Below are positions 41,240 through 50,212 of a stretch of 64,000 nt of DNA, one piece after another; the stretch's first letter is position 1; each line of letters opens with the position of its first letter. A program made the position numbers and the translations under genes. Source of the stretch: an uncultured Actinomycetota bacterium (GTDB taxonomy: Bacteria > Actinomycetota > Acidimicrobiia > Spongiisociales > UBA5794); NCBI GenBank assembly GCA_963836085.1, contig CAWIHT010000014.1, positions 296,773 to 360,772 of the forward strand, read 5' to 3'. The notes beneath the pieces were generated by a model. The model did not search any database, had not been told where the DNA came from, and was given only the letters and a program-made list of their open reading frames with translations.

Positions 41240-42022
41240 ATGAGTATCGACATGTTCAAGCTGGACGGGAAGGTCGTGATGATTCCGGGCGGGAGCGGCG
41301 GCATCGGCTCCGCTCTCGCGCTGGGAGTCTGTGAGGCCGGAGCGCAGGTCGCCGTGGTCGATCGCGACGGCGACGGCCTCGAACGCTCGTGTAGTCGCAT
41401 CCGTGCCGTGGGATCGGAGCCGCTCGCCGTTGCGGCCGACCTCACGACCAAAGAAGGCGCCGACCGTGCGGTTGCCGAGACCGTCGACCACTTCGGTCAC
41501 GTCGACGTCATCATCAACGCTGTCGGCGGCGGAGCCGGCAAGGTGCTCTTCGACGCCCAGGACTACCCCCAGCCGGAGTGGGACTGGATCATGGAGTTGA
41601 ACCTTCGCGCCACGCTGCTGCCAACCCAGGCCGCGGTCAAGGCGATGATCGAAGCAGGGAACGGCGGACGGGTGATCAACATCTCCTCGGTACGTGCGAA
41701 CCTCGGCATCAATGCGGGCTACTCCGCGTACGTCGCTGCGAAGGGCGCGATCAGTTCCCTGACCCGCCAATGGGCCACGGAGTGGGCGAAGTACGGCATC
41801 ACCGTCAACGCAATCGCTCCGACGTTCGTCGACACACCGCAGGTCGCGATGTTGCTCGAGGACCCGGACTTCAAGGCGGGCGTCGTCAATCGCATCCCGA
41901 TCGGACGGGTCGGAGAGCCCAGCGACCTTGTCGGGCCGGTTGTGCTTTTCGCCTCAGATGCGTCATCCTTCGTGACGGGTCAGATCCTCGGAATCGACGG
42001 CGGACTGACCGCAACGCAATAG
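41240..42022 (+). CDS. SDR family oxidoreductase
   Basis: GGSGGIGSA cofactor motif, NAVGG, catalytic YVAAKGA. Confidence 0.9.
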   Translation: MSIDMFKLDGKVVMIPGGSGGIGSALALGVCEAGAQVAVVDRDGDGLERSCSRIRAVGSEPLAVAADLTTKEGADRAVAETVDHFGHVDVIINAVGGGAGKVLFDAQDYPQPEWDWIMELNLRATLLPTQAAVKAMIEAGNGGRVINISSVRANLGINAGYSAYVAAKGAISSLTRQWATEWAKYGITVNAIAPTFVDTPQVAMLLEDPDFKAGVVNRIPIGRVGEPSDLVGPVVLFASDASSFVTGQILGIDGGLTATQ

Positions 42023-42043
42023 AACGAACAGAGAGGCCGCCCC

Positions 42044-42895
42044 ATGGAGAATGTCACACCCACCATCTTCACCGAGACCAAGGTCCGTGGATGCAACCCG
42101 AGCTTCGTCGTGACGTCAGACGGCGTCGTCATCATCGACACGCCGCAGTTGCCGACCAAGGCCGTTGAGATGCGCGAGATGGCGGAGTCCTACGGGACAC
42201 TCCGCTATCTGATCAACACCGAGCATCACGTCGACCACATCTTCGGCAATTACTACTTCAAGGGCGGCCCCACGGTCGTCCACCATCAAGGCGTCTACGA
42301 CAACTTCATGGTGGTCGGCCCGGAACTCGACCCGTTTGCGTACGCCAAGGAGGCGCTGCCGACCGACGATCCGGAGGGCGAAGCGATCTTCCCCGACCGT
42401 GACGTCTACTACTCGGATCCGAACAAGGGCCAGATCGTCTTCACGGGTGATCTGACGCTTCGCGTCGGCGATCACACCTTCGAGTTGCTCCACACGCCTG
42501 GTCACACACCGGGCCAGATCGCGGTGTACTGCCCCGAGGAGCGGGCGGTCTTCACCGGAGACACGATCTTCAGCGAGTGCCAGACATGGCTGATGACGTC
42601 GAACGTCGACGAGTGGCTCGCCGCCCTTGATCGAATCGGTGAACTCGATGTCGACTACGTCATCCCTGGACATGGCCCGATCACCACGAAGGCCTACCTC
42701 GCGACCCAGCGGGCGATGCTGATGGAGTGGAAGACGGCCGTTGCTGTCGCCGTAGCGAAGGGCTGGACGAGGGAAGAGACGGTCGAGCGAGTCGAGTTCA
42801 AGGACCGCTACCCGGTCGACATCGGCCAGGAGTACATGATGGACTACATCAACTCCTACAACGCCGGCTCCCTCTACGACAAGCTCACGTCATAG
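42044..42895 (+). CDS. MBL-fold metallo-hydrolase
   Basis: HHVDHIFG (HxHxDH) and downstream His/Asp ligands. Confidence 0.85.
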   Translation: MENVTPTIFTETKVRGCNPSFVVTSDGVVIIDTPQLPTKAVEMREMAESYGTLRYLINTEHHVDHIFGNYYFKGGPTVVHHQGVYDNFMVVGPELDPFAYAKEALPTDDPEGEAIFPDRDVYYSDPNKGQIVFTGDLTLRVGDHTFELLHTPGHTPGQIAVYCPEERAVFTGDTIFSECQTWLMTSNVDEWLAALDRIGELDVDYVIPGHGPITTKAYLATQRAMLMEWKTAVAVAVAKGWTREETVERVEFKDRYPVDIGQEYMMDYINSYNAGSLYDKLTS

Positions 42896-42930
42896 GGCCT
42901 GAGGTGGCCGGGGAGACTTCCTCCCCCACC

Positions 42931-44115
42931 GTGGCATGGCGCGGGGTGACGCCCGCGCTCGTGGCAACGATCGTCGCCATGCTGCCGAGCTTCCTGACCG
43001 CCGCGCTCATCGTTCAGATCGGCGATGACACCGGCCTGACGGTGACCGGGCTCGGCGCCGTCATCAGCCTGTTCTTCGGTAGTGCGGCGCTGGTGTCTCC
43101 GGCGGCCGGTCGCCTCTCGGAGCGGGTGGGGTGGGCGAACGGCCTCCGGACCTCAACGCTGCTCTCCGCCGTCGCACTCGGCGCGATCGGACTCCTCGGT
43201 AGCTCGGTCGCCATCATCGGGATCTCGCTCGCCATCGCGGGCGTCGGGAGTTCGCTCACACAGACGGCCTCCAACCACACGATCGCGCGATGCGTCGTCC
43301 CGCGTCGACACGGCTGGGTGCTCGGGATCAAGCATGCCTGCGTGCCGGCAGCGATGTTCATTGCCGGTCTCGCCGTTCCGACCGTCGCTCTGACCATTGG
43401 CTGGCGTTGGGCATTCGCCGTCGCCGCGGTTCTGGCACTCGCGACCACAGCGTCCATCCCACGGCACGAGGGTTCGCACACGCTCACACCCCCACCGACG
43501 AGGGCCGGCAGAGCTGTCGGGAGGCCAACAACTCCGCAGCACCTGCTGGTCGTGCTCGCGGTTGCGGTCGGCCTCGGCATCGGTGCGCTCGATCCGCTCG
43601 GATCGTTCTTCGTCAGCTACTCGGTCTCGATCGGCGTTGAGGAACAGATCGCAGGCATCCTTCTGTCAATCGGTGGACTCTGCGGGATCATCGCCCGCCT
43701 CGTAGCCGGACGGCTCATCGACCGGATGGCCCAGGCCGACTTCACGGTGATCGCCTCGATGATGGTGGCGGGCGCGCTCGGCATCGTCATCTTGAACCTC
43801 GGCGGCTACCCGGGCCTCCTCATCGGAGCACTGATCGGCTTCACCGCAGGCTGGGGCTGGTCGGGGATCTTCACGTTCGCGGTGGTGAAGGACAACCCGG
43901 ACGCACCCGCCGCTGCGTGGGGCGTTGCCCAGACCGGGAAGTTCCTCGGCGCCGCCGTCGGGCCGCTCGTGTTCGGCGTGGTCGCAGACCGGATCTCGTT
44001 CGACGCGGCGTTCTGGATGTCCACGGTTGCCCTCCTCGCCGCCGCCGGGCTGATCCTCTACGTGAGGAGTCAACGGCCTGCGATCCCTACGCCGCAGCCT
44101 GGGTCCGCTCTCTGA
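42931..44115 (+). CDS. MFS transporter
   Basis: 12-TM MFS. A GTG start at 42931 follows the MBL gene; the ORF-track start at 42727 is an over-extension. A paralog is encoded convergently at 44087..45289. Confidence 0.75.
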   Translation: MAWRGVTPALVATIVAMLPSFLTAALIVQIGDDTGLTVTGLGAVISLFFGSAALVSPAAGRLSERVGWANGLRTSTLLSAVALGAIGLLGSSVAIIGISLAIAGVGSSLTQTASNHTIARCVVPRRHGWVLGIKHACVPAAMFIAGLAVPTVALTIGWRWAFAVAAVLALATTASIPRHEGSHTLTPPPTRAGRAVGRPTTPQHLLVVLAVAVGLGIGALDPLGSFFVSYSVSIGVEEQIAGILLSIGGLCGIIARLVAGRLIDRMAQADFTVIASMMVAGALGIVILNLGGYPGLLIGALIGFTAGWGWSGIFTFAVVKDNPDAPAAAWGVAQTGKFLGAAVGPLVFGVVADRISFDAAFWMSTVALLAAAGLILYVRSQRPAIPTPQPGSAL

Positions 44116-45289
44116 GCAGCGCCACCGTCATCAGGACCGCACCGAGGGCGAGGGCGGCGCTCATGATGACCCATGCGGCGGTGAACGATGCCTCCGCCAC
44201 CAGACCGAACAACGCGGGGCCGGCTGCGGCACCGACGTAGATCCCAGTCATCGTGATCCCGGTCGCTGCGGCGGGAGCAGCAGGGTTCCGGCGGACGACG
44301 GCGAAGGTGAACAACCCGGACCAGCCCCAGCCGAACGTGAAGGCAACCAGCGAGCCAACAACAATGGCCGGATCGGATCCGATGGCGAGCAGCGCCATAC
44401 CCGCTGCGCCGAGGGCGAGGAACGTGGCGACCGTTGCCAGACCACCGGCCGTGCGTCGGTCGATCAACCACCCCATGATGAGGCGCGTGATGATGCCGAG
44501 CACGCTTCCGGCTGCGAGCAGGATTCCGGCCGCGCCCTCTCCGAAACCGACCTCGACCGCATAGGGGACGAGGAACGTGGCGAGTGCATCCATTCCGAAT
44601 ATCCCGAGCCCCGCGCCGATCGCCATCAGGACGAGGAGCGACATCGGTGAACTCCGAACCACTGGCGCGTCGCTCTTCTTCGACTCGTCACGCGCAACCT
44701 CATACGACTGAGGTGAACGCGGAACGAGAAGCACGGCCACAAGGGCGAGGCCCGCACACAACACGTAGACCCACTGCCATCCGAGCGGGATCGCCACAAT
44801 GGGGAGAGCAAGTCCGGCAATGGCAGTCGCCGCCGGAATCGCCCCATGCTTGAACCCGTAAGCCAAGCCCTGGTGCCGAACGACCGTGGTTCTCGCGATG
44901 CCGAGGTTCACGGCCGGGTGGGCGAGCGCAAGGAAGAGTCCCCCGATGACCGTCACAACCCCGAGCATCGGCACCGACTGCCCGAGGAGCGGGGTCAGCA
45001 GCAGCGTTGTGGCTGCGCCAAGGGCGGCGATCCGCATCGCCGGAGCCCAGTCCAGGCGTTCGACCAGCCGACCGAGACGCGACGAGGCGAGGGCCGACAT
45101 GCCGAAGAACGCCCCCACGATCAGACCGACGCCGGCCTCAGCGATGCCAAGAGAGTCGGACAGTTGGACGGCGAGCGCACCGGGGAGAAAGCCGGGGAGA
45201 ATGGCGACCGTGATCGTGATGATCGAGGCAGCGATCACCCTCCACTGGATGGCTGGTCCGATGGTCGATGGAGTCAGAGGCACGGCCAT
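44087..45289 (-). CDS. MFS transporter (paralog of 42931..44115)
   Basis: 12-TM MFS sharing FTFAVV..NP.APAAA.G…GAA.GP..FG.VA with the neighbouring gene. The 3' ends overlap by 29 nt. Confidence 0.8.
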   Translation of the reverse strand: MAVPLTPSTIGPAIQWRVIAASIITITVAILPGFLPGALAVQLSDSLGIAEAGVGLIVGAFFGMSALASSRLGRLVERLDWAPAMRIAALGAATTLLLTPLLGQSVPMLGVVTVIGGLFLALAHPAVNLGIARTTVVRHQGLAYGFKHGAIPAATAIAGLALPIVAIPLGWQWVYVLCAGLALVAVLLVPRSPQSYEVARDESKKSDAPVVRSSPMSLLVLMAIGAGLGIFGMDALATFLVPYAVEVGFGEGAAGILLAAGSVLGIITRLIMGWLIDRRTAGGLATVATFLALGAAGMALLAIGSDPAIVVGSLVAFTFGWGWSGLFTFAVVRRNPAAPAAATGITMTGIYVGAAAGPALFGLVAEASFTAAWVIMSAALALGAVLMTVALLRERTQAAA

Positions 45290-45364
45290 GTCTGCTTCAG
45301 GCTCCGACCGGGCAAGAGACTGGCTGGGACACGCGGAATAGACCTCTCGCCGGCGGTGCGACTA

Positions 45365-45378
45365 ATCTTCGATAATCG
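45365..45378. promoter_or_regulatory. Instance 2 of TCGATAATCGATGA motif between the divergent MFS and E1-alpha genes
   Basis: cttcgataatcgatgatacgg. Confidence 0.4.
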
Positions 45379-45470
45379 ATGATACGGATTCGGCCAGCCA
45401 AACACCAACGGAAGGGCCTGCGGATGCGGGCGCTCCAAGGCTCCCCCGCCGCCAGCCCGAGGAGGCGTCC

Positions 45471-46478
45471 ATGAACGATATTCGCGGTTCACGACCCGAG
45501 ATTGCAGACTCCGTCCGCCTGGACATGTACTCCGCCATGGTGCGGGCCCGGGTCTTCGAGAAGCGCACATACGACCTCTTCATGAGCGGACTCGTCAAGG
45601 GGACCACCCACCTTGGAACGGGCCAGGAGGCCGTCGCAGCGGGATTCGCCACCGCTATGCGCGACGACGACATGGTCTTCTGCACGTATCGGGGCCACAA
45701 CCACACCCTCCTTCGCGGTGCCCCCATGGACTCGCTCATGGGTGAACTCCTCGGGCGCGAGAGCGGGTGCTGCGGGGGCAAGGGCGGATCGATGCACCTG
45801 ACCGACGTCGAGCAGTACGCCATGGGCTCGTATGCCATCGTCGGGGCGCACCTCCCCGTCGCGGCCGGTACGGCCTGGGCGTCGCAGGAGCGGGGAACCG
45901 GGCAGGTGACCGTCTGCTTCTTCGGTGACGGCACCACCAACATCGGCGCCTTCCACGAGTCCCTCAACATGGCGGCCGTGTGGGGACTCCCCGTCGTCTA
46001 CGTGTGCGAGAACAACCTCTATATGGAATACACGCCGATCTCGTCGGTCACAGCCGTACCGAATCCGGCCGCTGACCGCGCAGCGTCCTACGGACTCGAC
46101 CGAATCATCGTGGACGGCAACGACGCGGACGCCGTGTATCGGACAGCCCTCGCCGCCCTCGGTCGGGCCCGCGCGGGCGACGGACCGTCTCTCATCGAGG
46201 CCCAGACCTACCGCCACCACGGACACTCAAGAGCCGACCCTGGCAAGTACCGCCCCGACGAAGAGGTCGCGGCCTGGATGAACAAGGATCCTCTGGTGAT
46301 CTACCGGGATCGGCTCGAGGGCATGGGCTTCGCAGCTTCCGATCTCGATCGCGTCGAGGAGGAAGCCAGGGCCGAAATCGACGCCGCCACCGAGGCCGCA
46401 AAGGCGTCGCCCGAACCTGGCGAAGCGGTCCTGATGACCGATCTGTGGGCCGATGGAGGTTCCTCATGGCGACGCTGA
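45471..46478 (+). CDS. 2-oxoacid (pyruvate/acetoin) dehydrogenase E1 component alpha subunit, TPP-dependent
   Basis: TPP-binding GDG…N region (FFGDGTTNIGAFHESLNMA) and the HGHS phosphorylation-loop equivalent YRHHGHSRADP. Confidence 0.9.
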   Translation: MNDIRGSRPEIADSVRLDMYSAMVRARVFEKRTYDLFMSGLVKGTTHLGTGQEAVAAGFATAMRDDDMVFCTYRGHNHTLLRGAPMDSLMGELLGRESGCCGGKGGSMHLTDVEQYAMGSYAIVGAHLPVAAGTAWASQERGTGQVTVCFFGDGTTNIGAFHESLNMAAVWGLPVVYVCENNLYMEYTPISSVTAVPNPAADRAASYGLDRIIVDGNDADAVYRTALAALGRARAGDGPSLIEAQTYRHHGHSRADPGKYRPDEEVAAWMNKDPLVIYRDRLEGMGFAASDLDRVEEEARAEIDAATEAAKASPEPGEAVLMTDLWADGGSSWRR

Positions 46479-47440
46479 CCTACCGAGAAGCCGTTGCGCG
46501 GGGTATTGCGCAGGAGATGGCGCGCGACGATCGCGTACTCCTCATCGGCGAAGATGTCGCAGAGGCCGGCGGGGTCTTCAAGACCACGCAGGGACTGCGT
46601 GAGCAATTCGGCCCACGCCGGGTTCGCGACACCCCGATCTCTGAGGAGGCCATCACCGGCATGGTGATGGGCGCCGCGATGAACGGTCTCCGTCCGATCG
46701 GCGAGATCATGTTCAGCGACTTCCTCGCTACCTGCTGGGACATCGTGGTCAACCAGATCGCCAAGACCCGCTACATGACCGGCGGGCAGGTTGAACTGCC
46801 TCTCGTTCTGCGTTCTGCCAACGGTGGGGGCGCGAGGTTCGGGGGACAGCACTCACAGAGCATCGAGAACTGGGCGATGGCGATCCCTGGCCTCAAGGTG
46901 GTCGCCCCGTCCAGTCCGATCGATGTGGTTGGCCTCATGGCGGCCTCGATCCGGGATCAAGACCCCGTGGTCTTCCTGGAGCACAAGGCGCTCTTTGCGA
47001 CCAAGGGCGAAGTACCGGACGGCGAAATCGTTGACACCCTCGGCACGGCAAGGACCCTTCGACAAGGCGACAATGCCACGATCGTGGCGCTCGCCGCGAT
47101 GGTGCCGAAGGCAGTTGAGGCGGCCGAGATCCTGGCCGCGGAAGGGATCAACGCGGAGGTCATCGACCCTCGCACCCTGGTCCCCCTCGATGTCACCGCG
47201 ATTGCGACGTCGGTCTCGAAGACCGGTCGCTTGTTCACCGTCGAGGAGAACCCCCGTCTGTGCGGTTGGGGCGCCGAAGTGTCGTCGATCGTCGCAGAAG
47301 AATGCTTCTGGGATCTCGACGGCCCGATCGTCCGAATAACGACCCCCCACATCCCCCTCCCCGCGGCAGACGCCATCGAAGACCTGGCCATCCCGTCCGT
47401 AAACCGAATCGTAGAGACCGTCAGAACCTCGATGCAGTAG
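46466..47440 (+). CDS. 2-oxoacid dehydrogenase E1 component beta subunit
   Basis: Transketolase-like pyrimidine and C-terminal domains; MATLTYREAV start with GGAGG 6 nt upstream. Confidence 0.9.
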   Translation: MATLTYREAVARGIAQEMARDDRVLLIGEDVAEAGGVFKTTQGLREQFGPRRVRDTPISEEAITGMVMGAAMNGLRPIGEIMFSDFLATCWDIVVNQIAKTRYMTGGQVELPLVLRSANGGGARFGGQHSQSIENWAMAIPGLKVVAPSSPIDVVGLMAASIRDQDPVVFLEHKALFATKGEVPDGEIVDTLGTARTLRQGDNATIVALAAMVPKAVEAAEILAAEGINAEVIDPRTLVPLDVTAIATSVSKTGRLFTVEENPRLCGWGAEVSSIVAEECFWDLDGPIVRITTPHIPLPAADAIEDLAIPSVNRIVETVRTSMQ

Positions 47441-47486
47441 GCGCCTGATCTTCGCCTCTGCCGTGTGTGTTGCCTCGGGCGTGTAC

Positions 47487-47558
47487 GTCTTCGCCTCTCC
47501 CACGCAGTGGGCGAGGCGCGAGCACCGGCCGCCAGGCCGGAGCGCAGCGGAGGGGGCT
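47487..47558 (+). repeat. Partial copy (B module) of the palindromic repeat family
   Basis: gtcttcgcctctcccacgcagtgggcgaggcgcgagcaccggccgccaggccggagcgcagcggagggggct. Confidence 0.7.
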
Positions 47559-47562
47559 GTCC

Positions 47563-47946
47563 TCAGCGTTCTCGATTGAGTGGGTCCGGCACGGACGCCG
47601 GGTCTTCAAGAGCACGGGCAATGAGATGGAGCGTGTCGTCCATCTGATCGAGGACGTAGTCGTCCCAGAAGCGCAGCACGAACCATCCGTTGCGTCGGAA
47701 CCAGAGGTCTCGACCTCGGTCCCGCTCGCGTTGCTTGTCGGTGTGCGTGTCGCCGTCGACCTCCACGATGAGCCGGGCTGAGAGACACGCAAAGTCCGCG
47801 ATGAACGGCCCGATCGGCTCCTGGCGCCGGAACCTGACTCCCATGTGCTTGCGCCTCAGGTGATACCACAGACGATCCTCAGCAACCGTCGGATCCGCCC
47901 GCATCTCTCGCGCAAACCGCAGCGTTCTCCGCTCCCGATAGGCCAT
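47563..47946 (-). CDS. DUF559 (Vsr/restriction-endonuclease-like fold) domain protein
   Basis: RRQEPIGPFIADFACLSARLIVEVDGDTH…DRGRDLWFRRNGWFVLRFWDDYV matches DUF559; embedded between repeat copies. Confidence 0.8.
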   Translation of the reverse strand: MAYRERRTLRFAREMRADPTVAEDRLWYHLRRKHMGVRFRRQEPIGPFIADFACLSARLIVEVDGDTHTDKQRERDRGRDLWFRRNGWFVLRFWDDYVLDQMDDTLHLIARALEDPASVPDPLNRER

Positions 47947-47996
47947 GAACGAGTCGTACCGCGTCCGTACTCCCCATTCAAGACCCGTGAAAGCCG

Positions 47997-48700
47997 GAGG
48001 CCCCCTCTGCGATCGAGCAGCCGCTCGATCGCGTCTCCCCCACCTGACGGCGGTGGAGACGAAGACCTGTCTTGGCCTCTCCCACGCCGTGGGGGAGGCG
48101 CGAGCACCGGCCGCCAGGCCGGAGCGCAGCAGAGGGGGCTCACGGGGATTGAATCACCAAGATGTGGTCTCGCGTGTGGCGAGATGCCCCCTCTGCGATC
48201 GAGCAGCCGCTCGATCGCGTCTCCCCCACCTGACGGCGGTGGAGACGAAGACCTGTCTTGGCCTCTCCCACGCCGTGGGGGAGGCGCGAGCACCGGCCGC
48301 CAGGCCGGAGCGCAGCAGAGGGGGCTCACGGGGATTGAATCACCAAGATGTGGTCTCGCGTGTGGCGAGATGCCCCCTCTGCGATCGAGCAGCCGCTCGA
48401 TCGCGTCTCCCCCACCTGACGGCGGTGGAGACGAAGACCTGTCTTGGCCTCTCCCACGCCGTGGGGGAGGCGCGAGCACCGGCCGCCAGGCCGGAGCGCA
48501 GCAGAGGGGGCTCACGGGGATTGAATCACCAAGATGTGGTCTCGCGTGTGGCGAGATGCCCCCTCTGCGATCGAGCAGCCGCTCGATCGCGTCTCCCCCA
48601 CCTGACGGCGGTGGAGACGAAGACCTGTCTTGGCCTCTCCCACGCCGTGGGGGAGGCGCGAGCACCGGCCGCCAGGCCGGAGCGCAGCGGAGGGGGCTAC
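47997..48700 (+). repeat. Tandem array of about 3.8 near-identical copies of a 186-bp composite palindromic unit
   Basis: Unit boundaries at 48001, 48187, 48373 and 48559 (period exactly 186). Each unit carries hairpins gcgatcgagc/gctcgatcgc, gtctccccc…ggtggagac, cctctcccacg/cgtgggggagg, ccggcc/ggccgg and tctcgc/gcgaga, with the closing inverted repeat gccccctctgc/gcagagggggc. The period is divisible by 3, which creates spurious long ORFs in all frames. Confidence 0.85.
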
Positions 48701-49038
48701 TCCGCTGCCGGGAGGTAGCGGTCGGGTTCTTCGAAGATGTCGAGGCCACGGGTGCCTGGGGCGACCCAGGTGGTGTGGGGGATGCCGCCTGGGACGAAGT
48801 AGGTGTCGCCGCGGTGATACTCGCCGGTCTCATCACCGATCTGCATCCGGACCGTCCCGCTGAGGACGATCCCCCATTGGTCGCCGTGGACGTGTTCTGG
48901 CACGACGATCTCTCGATCGGTCGCTTCATAGAACATCACAAGACCGCGATCTCCCGACGAAAGGTACGCGTCGAGAGCGACATCCCCGTCCGGCCTCGGC
49001 AGCGCTTTGACGAAGGCGGGGAACTCGTTCTCCATCAA
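48697..49038 (-). CDS. Cupin domain protein
   Basis: Cupin_2 motifs (VPEHVHGDQWGIVLSG…GDTYFVPGGIPH). Confidence 0.8.
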   Translation of the reverse strand: MMENEFPAFVKALPRPDGDVALDAYLSSGDRGLVMFYEATDREIVVPEHVHGDQWGIVLSGTVRMQIGDETGEYHRGDTYFVPGGIPHTTWVAPGTRGLDIFEEPDRYLPAAE

Positions 49039-49049
49039 ACCTCCGTGAG

Positions 49050-50060
49050 TCAGGAGTACTGCTGCACCGCTTCGGGAACACCGCCCTTTTCGGCAGAGCG
49101 GACAAGGGCTTCGAGGATCGCCACGTTGCCGAGTCGCTCAGCGTTGCTGAAGCGGTAGTCGGCACGTCCTGCGACCGCGTCGGCCCAGTGCTCGTAGCCG
49201 GCCTTGACCGGACTGGCCGGCTCGAAGTCGATGCGAGCCTGGTCGGTGTCGCCGCGGTGGCGGGTGTAGAAGTGGGTCGTCCCGCCCGGATCGACATGCT
49301 GGGTCTCGCGGGCCTCGGCCCATGCGAGGCTACCGAACACTGCGAATCGGGCGTAGTCGGGGGTGGCGGAGAGAGCGGCGATGCTACCGGTCGAACCATC
49401 GGCGAAGCGGAAGTGCGCGGACACGACGTCACCAGTCGGAATCGCAAGGATGCGCTTGGCAACATGCGCCTGCACTTCGACGACCTCGCCGGCAAGGCTG
49501 AGCATCATGTCGCTGAGGTGAACACCCATGCCGGTCCATCCGGCGGCCGGGGACTCTTCCTTGCTCCCGCGCCAGTTGTCGGCTGCCATGTTGAGCCAGC
49601 GGTCGTGGCTCCAATGCGCCTCCATGTGGAGGATCGTGCCCAACTCGCCCGAATCGGCCATGCGCTTCATCTCTTCCCATGCTGGCTCGAAACGACGTTC
49701 GTGACCGATACCCATGATGATCCCTGCGCGATCACAGGCCTCGATCATCGTCCGGGCGCTGTCGACAGTGAGGGCCAGCGGCTTCTCGCAGAAGATCTCC
49801 TTGCCGGCTGCAGCAGCGCGGACAACGGCCTCTTCATGGAACAGGTGAGGAATGGTGAGGATCACGGCTTCGACGTTCGGGTCGTCGAGCGCGTCCTGGT
49901 AGTCGGGGTAGACGGGCAGGCCGTAGTCGGCCGTGTACTTCTTCGCCGTCTCTTCAAACGGATCGACGCCGCAGACGATCTCGATCTTCTCGCTGTCCTC
50001 CAGGACCTTGGTGACCTGGCTCCCCCACCAACCGAGCCCGACCTGGGCGGCCTTCAACAT
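49050..50060 (-). CDS. Gfo/Idh/MocA family oxidoreductase
   Basis: N-terminal Rossmann KAAQVGLGWWG and the EKP motif (IFCEKPLALT). Confidence 0.9.
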   Translation of the reverse strand: MLKAAQVGLGWWGSQVTKVLEDSEKIEIVCGVDPFEETAKKYTADYGLPVYPDYQDALDDPNVEAVILTIPHLFHEEAVVRAAAAGKEIFCEKPLALTVDSARTMIEACDRAGIIMGIGHERRFEPAWEEMKRMADSGELGTILHMEAHWSHDRWLNMAADNWRGSKEESPAAGWTGMGVHLSDMMLSLAGEVVEVQAHVAKRILAIPTGDVVSAHFRFADGSTGSIAALSATPDYARFAVFGSLAWAEARETQHVDPGGTTHFYTRHRGDTDQARIDFEPASPVKAGYEHWADAVAGRADYRFSNAERLGNVAILEALVRSAEKGGVPEAVQQYS

Positions 50061-50127
50061 GCGTGCTCCTTGTCCGCTCGGCCCCTTCTAGGCCGATTCG
50101 TTCCGGTGCGCATTGTAGGCACATTCA

Positions 50128-50141
50128 GATCATCGATTATC
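50128..50141. promoter_or_regulatory. Instance 3 (reverse complement) of the TCGATAATCGATGA motif. It overlaps the putative -35 of a TACAAT promoter for the Gfo/Idh/MocA gene and lies ~75 nt upstream of the PHP gene.
   Basis: +strand tcatcgattatcgt. On the minus strand: acgataatcgatgatctgaatgtgccTACAAT. Confidence 0.4.
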
Positions 50142-50212
50142 GTTTGTGTGGAATTGGCGGCGATTCACCGTGTACCATCCCCCTCGGCGGGCCACCAACC
50201 TTGAAGGGCACC

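Noticed and set aside
47997-48700. Possible CRISPR array
   Set aside because: The repeat unit is 186 bp with no unique spacers between copies; the copies are contiguous and identical. No cas genes are present. The structure is a composite palindromic tandem repeat, not a repeat-spacer array.
47845-49158. Long ORFs (437, 357 and 257 aa on both strands) spanning the 47.9-48.7 kb region with repeating peptides such as …VGEARAPAARPERSGGG…
   Set aside because: They are produced by a perfect 186-bp (62-codon) tandem DNA repeat whose period keeps every frame open. The translated sequence is low-complexity Arg/Ala/Gly-rich with no hydrophobic core. The same DNA element also occurs in reverse orientation in other intergenic regions.
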